From Myxococcales bacterium (GTDB taxonomy: Bacteria; Myxococcota_A; UBA9042; JABWCM01; BTVJ01), in NCBI GenBank assembly GCA_045863395.1, contig BTVJ01000104.1, forward strand, positions 1-24,217: a stretch of 24,217 bases of DNA, in the 5' to 3' direction. The translations under genes were made by a program, and so were the position numbers. Positions 17,610 through 24,217 of the stretch are shown here, piece after piece. Position 1 is the stretch's first letter. Each line of letters begins with the position of its first letter. The notes beneath the pieces were generated by a model that saw nothing but the letters and a program-made list of their open reading frames with translations, was not told the origin of the DNA and did not search any database.

Positions 17610-20105
17610 ATGTGGGTGCTCGACTGGCGCGGCGCGGTTCCTTGGGTCGTGGCGCTGGCCCTCGGAGGGTGCGGTGACGACGGGGGAGGGGGCGGCCACG
17701 CCGGGGCGGACGCTCTGCACACGCACGGCGGTGACACGCAGGGGGAGGCCGACGCCCCCGCCGATGCCGGCGCGGACACCTCAGGTTCCGCTGACAGCGG
17801 CGCTCTGGTCGATGTGCCCGGCGGGGACGCTGGGGAGGACGCCGGGGGTGACGCCGGAGCCGCGGATGCGGCCGACGTGGCGCAGCGGACGGACGCCACC
17901 GTGCCGCTCCCGGATGCGGCAACGCCCGCCGTGGACGCCCCCCATGCGCTCCTGGCCGACCCGCGCATCGGCACCGGGGCTACCCTCGCCAACGTGGGGA
18001 GCGCCTACCCGGGGGCCGCGGCCCCCCTCGGGCTCGTCAAGGCGAGCCCGGACACCATGCAGGAGCAGAGCATGGGCGGCGCGTTCCACTGCGCCGGCTA
18101 CCAGTGGTTCGACCCGTACATCCACGCCTTCTCCCACAACCACCTGCATGGCACCGGCGCCCCGGACTATGGCAACATCGCGCTGATGCCCGCGGCGGAC
18201 ATGAGCCCGGAGCGCACCGTCCGGCAGGGGCGCAAGGCGCCGTTCACCCACGACGACGAGGTGGCGCAGCCCGGATACTACGCGGTGACTCTGACCGACC
18301 CGCGGGTGCGCGCCGAGGTAACGGCGACCACCCGGTGCGCCCACCACCGCTACACCTTCATGGACGCGCCCGCCGAGGGGGTGATCCTGCTCGACGCCAG
18401 CGCGGCCATCGCCAACGGGCGCTGCACGGTGGGGGAGGTGACCGTGGACCCGACCGAGCGGACGGTCTCGGGTATGACCCACAACCAAGGCAACTTCGCG
18501 GGGCGCTACGGCGGCTTCGACGTGTACTTCGTCGCGCGGTTCAATCGGGACTTCACCGGCTTCGGTACGTGGGATTCGGCGGATTCGATTCAGGAGGGCG
18601 TGGCCCACGCGGCGACCGAGGCGGATCCGGGCCACGTGGGGGCCTGGCTGCGCTTCGATACGGCGGCGAGTCCGACGGTGGAGGTGCAGGTGTGCCTGTC
18701 CTATGTGGACATCGAAGGCGCGCGCAAGGCGCTCGCCGCGGAGCTTCCGGCCTTCGACTTTGCCGCGACCCGGGCGCAGACGCTGCTCGATTGGGAGGCG
18801 GAGCTGTCCGTGATGGACGTGGAGGGGGGCACGCAGGACCAACGAGTCATCCTGTACACCGCGCTCTATCACGCGCTGCAGATGCCCACCATCTGGAGCG
18901 ACGTGGACGGACGGTATCGGGGCTTCGACAAGCAGATTCACGTCGCGGAGGGCTGGACCTACATGACGGACATGTCCCTGTGGGACACCTTCCGCACCCA
19001 GCACCCGCTCCTGGCCCTGCTGTGGCCCGAGAGGCAGCGGGACGTGATGCGATCTCTGGTCGCCATGCGGGAGCAAGGCGGCTACGTGCCGCGCTGGCCC
19101 ATGGGCGCGGGGGACACGGGGAGCATGATCGGGCAGCACGCGGCGGCCCTGGCGGCGGACAGTGTCCTCAAGGGCATTACGGGCTTCGATCAGGAGTCTC
19201 TCTATGAGGGTCTCCATCAGGCGGCAAACGGCCCGTTGCCTCCAGGCGGATACGGCGGGAGGGACTGCATCGAGGAGTATCTGGAGTATGGGTACTGCCC
19301 GTCGGACCTGCACAAGGAGTCAGTCTCTCTCACGCTGGAGTATGCCTTCGACGACTTCTGCCTCGCGCGGTTCGCCGAGTCTCTGGGACGAGAGGACGAC
19401 GCGCTTGTGTACGACTCCCGAGCCAAGTCATACGCGCCGCTCTTCCACCCGGAGAGCGCGTTCTTCAGGCCCCGGATGTCGGACGGCACCTGGGACGGGC
19501 CCTTCGACCCCAAGCTGTGGTCCTTCAGCAACGAGTGGTACGTGGAGGGGACCGCGTGGCAGTGGCTGTGGTTCGTTCCCCACGACGAGCCGGGCCTGCG
19601 GGCGCTGTTCGGCGGGGACGAGCCCTTCGTCGCCAAGCTGGACGACTTCTTCCAGCAGGCCAAGGACGTGTTTCAGTTCGATCTTCCGTCGCCGTTCTAC
19701 TACCACGGCAACGAGCCCGACATCCATGCGTCCGTGCTCTTCGCCCGGGCCGGGCGCCCTGATCTGGCGCAGAGGTGGACCCGGTGGGTGGCGGACGTGA
19801 GCTACAAGACCACCTACGACGGGCTCGTCGGCAACGACGACGCGGGGACGCTGTCCTCCTGGTACGCCTTCGCCGCCATGGGGCTCTACCCGACGCCGTG
19901 TGTGCCCGGCTACACGGTGCTTGCGCCGATCTTCGATCAGGTGACGCTGCACCTGCCAGGCGGGGACGTGATCGTCGAGTGGCCGGGAGCGTCCACGGGC
20001 GCCGTGGCCACGGGAGCGACGTGGAACGGGGCCCCCGTACAGGAGTGGTGGATCGATCACGCGGCCCTTACCGCGGGCGGCACCCTGGTGATGACGATGC
20101 CGTGA
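17610..20105 (+). CDS. GH92 family glycoside hydrolase (alpha-mannosidase-like), lipoprotein
   Basis: LGGC lipobox. PGAAAPLG...SPDT, FSHNHLHGTG, SLWDTFRT, YVEGTAWQW, YYHGNEP, GNDDAGTLSSWY. Confidence 0.93.
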   Translation: MWVLDWRGAVPWVVALALGGCGDDGGGGGHAGADALHTHGGDTQGEADAPADAGADTSGSADSGALVDVPGGDAGEDAGGDAGAADAADVAQRTDATVPLPDAATPAVDAPHALLADPRIGTGATLANVGSAYPGAAAPLGLVKASPDTMQEQSMGGAFHCAGYQWFDPYIHAFSHNHLHGTGAPDYGNIALMPAADMSPERTVRQGRKAPFTHDDEVAQPGYYAVTLTDPRVRAEVTATTRCAHHRYTFMDAPAEGVILLDASAAIANGRCTVGEVTVDPTERTVSGMTHNQGNFAGRYGGFDVYFVARFNRDFTGFGTWDSADSIQEGVAHAATEADPGHVGAWLRFDTAASPTVEVQVCLSYVDIEGARKALAAELPAFDFAATRAQTLLDWEAELSVMDVEGGTQDQRVILYTALYHALQMPTIWSDVDGRYRGFDKQIHVAEGWTYMTDMSLWDTFRTQHPLLALLWPERQRDVMRSLVAMREQGGYVPRWPMGAGDTGSMIGQHAAALAADSVLKGITGFDQESLYEGLHQAANGPLPPGGYGGRDCIEEYLEYGYCPSDLHKESVSLTLEYAFDDFCLARFAESLGREDDALVYDSRAKSYAPLFHPESAFFRPRMSDGTWDGPFDPKLWSFSNEWYVEGTAWQWLWFVPHDEPGLRALFGGDEPFVAKLDDFFQQAKDVFQFDLPSPFYYHGNEPDIHASVLFARAGRPDLAQRWTRWVADVSYKTTYDGLVGNDDAGTLSSWYAFAAMGLYPTPCVPGYTVLAPIFDQVTLHLPGGDVIVEWPGASTGAVATGATWNGAPVQEWWIDHAALTAGGTLVMTMP

Positions 20106-20187
20106 TCACGGCGAGGTACTTTGGCAACGAACCGGTGGCAGCGACTTGCTCGGGGGCGTAGACTTGGTCCCGCCAAGGAGGTGACCC

Positions 20188-23100
20188 ATGCACCGGTCCC
20201 CACACACCGTGATCCTGCTGTCTCTGGCGCTCGGCGCGTGCTCGGACGCGCCCGCCGGCGACGGGGCCGTCCAGTTCGGTCCGGGCGCCCCCAACGGCGT
20301 CAATGGTCCGGGCGACTCCGGAGGCTCGGTGTCCGTGGACGCGGGTGCCCCGGACGTCCCTGGGGAGGATGTCGCCACGGAGCGTCGCGCCGTGTGCCTG
20401 CCCTGCGGTGCCGAGAGTGACTGCGACGCCGGCTCCTGCACCGCCGTCGGAGGGACGCTCCTCTGCGTCGAGCCGTGCGACAATGGCGCCTGCCCGCCCG
20501 GACTGGACTGCGTTCCCTCGGGAGCCGGCGCCGTCTGCGCCCCCCCTGGCGGCATCTGCCCCTGCGCGTGGGAGGACAAGCTCCAAGTGCGCCCCTGTGC
20601 CGGAGAGAGCGAGGGCGGCGTGTGCGTCGGCGAGGCCCTCTGCGACTTCGTGGACGGCTGGATTTGCTCGGCGTCGGCCCCGGCGCCCGAGGAGTGCAAT
20701 GGGAAGGACGACGACTGCGACGGCGAGGTGGACGAGGACTACAAGGTCGGCGGCTGGTACTTCGGGCCGGAGAGCTGCGGGGCGTGTGGGGTCGCCTGCG
20801 CCGACGTTCCGCACGGCACGGCCGCCTGCTCGTTGGAGGTTCCTCCCGCGTCGTGCCGCGTCGTCTCCTGTGACCCTGGGTACGCGACCAGTGACGGTCT
20901 CACCTGCGAGCCCATAGCGGGCTACGCATGCGTGTCCTGCGTCGACGACGCCGACTGCCCGGGCGGCTCCTGCGGCCTCGTGGACGGCGACAGCATGTGT
21001 CTCCCTGCGTGCGGCGTCTGCCCCGAGGGCTACGCCTGCACCGACGGGAGCTGCCGGCCCACGGCGGGGACCTGCGCGTGCCTCCCGGCCAGCGTGGGGC
21101 TGGTCGTGACCTGCTCCCGGGACAACGGCTTCGGCTCCTGCCTCGGCACGTCCACCTGCATGGAGGATGGGTTCTCCCCCTGCGACGCGCTCCTCCCGGC
21201 CGCCGAGGACTGCAACGGTCTGGACGACGACTGCGACGGGGTCGTGGACGAGGGGCTGCCCCCCGATCAGACCTGCGTCGCGACGGCGGAGGGGATTGGC
21301 ACCTGCGTCGGGCTCCTGGTGTGTGGCGGAGCGGCGGGCTGGCAGTGCACGGCGGAGGCGCCGTCCCCCGAGGTGTGCGACACCTTCGACAACGACTGCG
21401 ACGGGGTCGTCGATGACGGCTTCCGTGACCCGGTGACGGGGCTCTACATTACCGACGCCCACTGCGGTGCCTGCGGCATCGACTGCGGCCTGGTGGTGGC
21501 CCCCCACGCCACCGGCGTCTGCGCACCCACGATTCCCCTGCCGACCTGTGCGCTCAAGTGCGCCCCGGGGTGGGTGGACGCGGACAAGGTGGCCGGCAAC
21601 GGCTGCGAGTGCCCCTTCCTCGGGCCCGACGACTCGCCGGACGGGGTGGACCAGAACTGCGACGGAATCGACGGCATGCCGGACAAGGCGATCTTCGTCT
21701 CGGTCACCGGCTCGGACGACGCCCCTGGCACCCCGGCCCAGCCTGTGCGCACGGTGAAGCGGGGCCTGGAGCGGGCGAAGGACCAGGCGCGGCCTCACGT
21801 GTACGTGACCGGCGGCCAGTTCGACGGGGGGGCCGCCCTCCACGCGGGGGTCAGCGTCTACTGCGGCTTCGACCTGGGCTTCTCGGCGCGCCAGCCGTCC
21901 GTGCACGAGTCCACTCTGCTGCCCGCCAAGGCGAGCCCCTCGGTGCCGGGCACTGTCAGCGCGGCCTTTGCAAGCCCGCCGTCAACGCCGACGGGCATGG
22001 ACGGCTGCACGGTCCTCGGGGTCGTGGAGACCGGCGAGGGCGCGTCCTCCTACGCGGTCTATCTGCGCAACGCGGGCGCTCAGGTGTTCTTCAGCGGCAA
22101 CCGGGTGGTCGCGGGCGAGGGTGGGCCCGGTGTGGCGGGCAAGGACGGGGCCCACGGAGACGATGGCGCGCCGGGCGGGCCGGGCAAGAAAGCCTATGAC
22201 GTCGGAGGCGTGTGCGTAGCAGCCAACGCCCTGGCCGGGGGCGCCGGCGGCGTGCGGCAGTGCGGGGGCGTCGACGTCAGCGGCGGCGCCGGGGGCGAAT
22301 CCCGCTGCCCGGTCTACAACGAGTCCGGCAGCGCCAGCGACTGCCCGGCCTACGCATCGCAGAACCCCAAGGCGACCGAGCAAGGCAAGCCGGGCGTGCC
22401 CGCCGGCGGTGGCGGCGGCGCGCCGGGCGGCGACGCCCTCCAGTCCGTGCTGTACGACGGCAAGACCTGCACCTGGGACTCCTTCAACTGCGGCTACTGC
22501 CATGTGGGCCTCGGGGGCACGGACGGCAAGGACGGCAAAGGCGGACCCCCAGGTGAGCACGGTGCGGCGGGGAGCGGCGCCGCTGGGGGCTCCGTGTCGG
22601 GCGGCCTCTGGGCTGGCGCATCTGGCGGCACGGGCGGGGTCGCCAAGGCAGGCGCGGGTGGCGGTGGCGGCGGCGCAGGCGGCGGCGTAGAGACATACTC
22701 CTGCCAGGGGGCGAGCGGCGCCTCGGACGTCGGCGGCTCCGGGGGGGGCGGAGGATCGGGGGGGTGCGCCGGAGGTGGCGGTTCGGGCGGCGGCTCTGGC
22801 GGCGCGGCCTTCGGGCTCTTCCTCACGTGGACCAGCCCGCCTGTGGGGCTGCCCGTCATCAAGGCGAACACCCTGGTCACGGGCAAGGGCGGTCCCGGTG
22901 GCAAGGGCGGCTCCGGGGGTGTCGGAGGCGTCGGAGGCTACGGCGGTGTCGGCGGCCCCGATGGCTCGGGCGACCCCCAGGTGTGGTGCGCTGGCGAGGG
23001 CGGCAATGGAGGCCACGGCGGCACGGGCGGGTCGGGCGGCGGTGGTGGTGGCGGCGCGGGGGGGCCGTCCATTGCCGTCGCCGTCCATGCTCCTGCGGGG

Positions 23101-23247
23101 ACCCAGATCAAGCCCCTGGAGGACGGCAACGCGGCCCAGCTCTCCGGCCAGAGTGGTGTGGGCGGGGCCGGTGGGCCCTCGAAGGGGAAGGCGGGTGCGC
23201 CCGGCGCCCCCGGGGTCCACCAGGCCGTGGTGCTGCTGCCCTGGTGA
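20188..23247 (+). CDS. Cys-rich lipoprotein with MopE-like motifs and glycine-rich (PGRS-like) C-terminal domain (1019 aa)
   Basis: AAGGAGG RBS, LGAC lipobox, EECNGKDDDCDG / EDCNGLDDDCDG / EVCDTFDNDCDG, IFVSVTGSDDAPGT..QPVRT motif, then long GGxGG runs. Confidence 0.88.
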   Translation: MHRSPHTVILLSLALGACSDAPAGDGAVQFGPGAPNGVNGPGDSGGSVSVDAGAPDVPGEDVATERRAVCLPCGAESDCDAGSCTAVGGTLLCVEPCDNGACPPGLDCVPSGAGAVCAPPGGICPCAWEDKLQVRPCAGESEGGVCVGEALCDFVDGWICSASAPAPEECNGKDDDCDGEVDEDYKVGGWYFGPESCGACGVACADVPHGTAACSLEVPPASCRVVSCDPGYATSDGLTCEPIAGYACVSCVDDADCPGGSCGLVDGDSMCLPACGVCPEGYACTDGSCRPTAGTCACLPASVGLVVTCSRDNGFGSCLGTSTCMEDGFSPCDALLPAAEDCNGLDDDCDGVVDEGLPPDQTCVATAEGIGTCVGLLVCGGAAGWQCTAEAPSPEVCDTFDNDCDGVVDDGFRDPVTGLYITDAHCGACGIDCGLVVAPHATGVCAPTIPLPTCALKCAPGWVDADKVAGNGCECPFLGPDDSPDGVDQNCDGIDGMPDKAIFVSVTGSDDAPGTPAQPVRTVKRGLERAKDQARPHVYVTGGQFDGGAALHAGVSVYCGFDLGFSARQPSVHESTLLPAKASPSVPGTVSAAFASPPSTPTGMDGCTVLGVVETGEGASSYAVYLRNAGAQVFFSGNRVVAGEGGPGVAGKDGAHGDDGAPGGPGKKAYDVGGVCVAANALAGGAGGVRQCGGVDVSGGAGGESRCPVYNESGSASDCPAYASQNPKATEQGKPGVPAGGGGGAPGGDALQSVLYDGKTCTWDSFNCGYCHVGLGGTDGKDGKGGPPGEHGAAGSGAAGGSVSGGLWAGASGGTGGVAKAGAGGGGGGAGGGVETYSCQGASGASDVGGSGGGGGSGGCAGGGGSGGGSGGAAFGLFLTWTSPPVGLPVIKANTLVTGKGGPGGKGGSGGVGGVGGYGGVGGPDGSGDPQVWCAGEGGNGGHGGTGGSGGGGGGGAGGPSIAVAVHAPAGTQIKPLEDGNAAQLSGQSGVGGAGGPSKGKAGAPGAPGVHQAVVLLPW

Positions 23248-23408
23248 GGCAGGGGACCGATGCGCGGCCCACGTTGCCTCGCTTCGGCTGATCGGGGCCT
23301 GCCACCATGGCCACGAGGGACCCGCTGTTGCCCGCCTCGAGTGCACGGTGGTAGTCTGGCAAGGCGGTCCTCGACTTGTCTACAGGCGTCGGACCCCAAG
23401 GAGGGCAC

Positions 23409-24217
23409 ATGGCGCTCGCATCTCGCTCAGCACTCGGAGCCGATCAGACTCCAGCGGCTCCGGCGCCCGTCCAGACTCAGCGAGGCCGACCGCCCTGCGT
23501 GCTCAGCGTGGTGTGGGACGTGGGGGTCTCCGAGGTGGTGGACTGGTCGAGCTGGTATCTGACGGACGAGGACGACATGGGGCAGAACCCTCGCCAGAAC
23601 GAGGCCATCGACGCGTTCAAGGCGGTGCTGCTCGAGCGCGTCGGGGAGCTTGGCCTGGCCGAGGCCTTTGTCGGTGCGGACGCCTTCTTTGCCTGGGTCG
23701 AGAGCGAACCGCTGGTGCGGGTTTCTCCAGATGTCTATCTGCTCCCGAGGCGTCCGGACCCCCTGCCGGCCTCGTTCCAGACGTGGCGCCCCGGTCATGT
23801 CCCACCGCAGCTCGCGGTCGAGATCGTCAGCGAGGATTGGAAGAAGGACTACGAGGGCGCCCCTCAGAAGTACGCGCAGCTTGGCGTCGCGGAGCTGGTC
23901 GTGTTCGACCCGGACGTGGTGGATCGCGCGCCAAAGGGCCCGGATCGCTTCGCCGTGCAGGTGTTCCGCCGCAGCGCGGACGGCCTGTTCGTGCGCTCCT
24001 ATGCAGGCTCTGGACCGGCGTGGATCGAGTCCGTGCGCGCCTATGGTGTGGTCACCCAGACCGAGATCGCGCCGGTGCTGCGCCTGGCTTACGACGCCGA
24101 GGGCCGACGCTGGGTGCCCACGGCCGCCGAGCGGGCCAGGAGCGAGCGTGACGAGGCGGCGCGCGAGCGTGACGAGGCGGCGCGCGAGCGTGACGAGGCG
24201 GCGCGCGAGCGTGACGA
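23409..24217 (+). CDS. Uma2 (DUF820) family PD-(D/E)XK-like endonuclease with heptad-repeat tail (3' end outside window)
   Basis: Translated by hand (not in the ORF track). AAGGAGG RBS; VSPDVY, PPQLAVEIVSEDWKKDY, KYAQLGVAELVVFDP; ends in (ERDEAAR)n. Confidence 0.88.
   Translation, partial: MALASRSALGADQTPAAPAPVQTQRGRPPCVLSVVWDVGVSEVVDWSSWYLTDEDDMGQNPRQNEAIDAFKAVLLERVGELGLAEAFVGADAFFAWVESEPLVRVSPDVYLLPRRPDPLPASFQTWRPGHVPPQLAVEIVSEDWKKDYEGAPQKYAQLGVAELVVFDPDVVDRAPKGPDRFAVQVFRRSADGLFVRSYAGSGPAWIESVRAYGVVTQTEIAPVLRLAYDAEGRRWVPTAAERARSERDEAARERDEAARERDEAARERD
24144..24217 (+). repeat. Perfect 21-bp tandem repeat GAGCGTGACGAGGCGGCGCGC, 3.5 copies to the window end
   Basis: Units start at 24144, 24165, 24186 and 24207; in frame, encoding ERDEAAR. 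Confidence 0.95.

Noticed and set aside
20136..20150. TGGCAGCGACTTGCT resembling a sigma54 -24/-12 promoter
   Set aside because: GG to GC spacing is 9 nt rather than the required 10.
21990..23247. PE-PGRS annotation for the glycine-rich region
   Set aside because: No PE domain, and the protein has a lipobox; the resemblance is compositional.

Overview
Very GC-rich bacterial DNA with a Myxococcota/deltaproteobacterial-style gene set (inferred from the many Cys-rich surface lipoproteins). Left arm, minus strand: a large lipoprotein with thrombospondin type 3 and MopE-like repeats that runs off the window, and a secreted P-domain/glycine-rich fibre-like protein. On the plus strand follow an MFS transporter, a PAS/HisKA protein with a degenerate ATPase domain, an AtoE-family transporter and ridA. 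Next come two tandem copies (period 2323 bp) of a 700-aa Cys-rich lipoprotein gene, bounded by three ~150-bp copies of the ridA 3' end. The middle ridA copy is a recombinant of the outer two, which is the architecture expected of an integrase-free cassette inserted into and/or amplified at the ridA 3' end. The right half holds a CapA-family metallophosphoesterase, small secreted proteins (one FGE-sulfatase-fold, one 12-Cys triple-repeat peptide), a GH92 lipoprotein, a second MopE/glycine-rich lipoprotein and a Uma2-family nuclease ending in a 21-bp tandem repeat at the window edge. No rRNA, tRNA, CRISPR array, transposase or integrase was seen.
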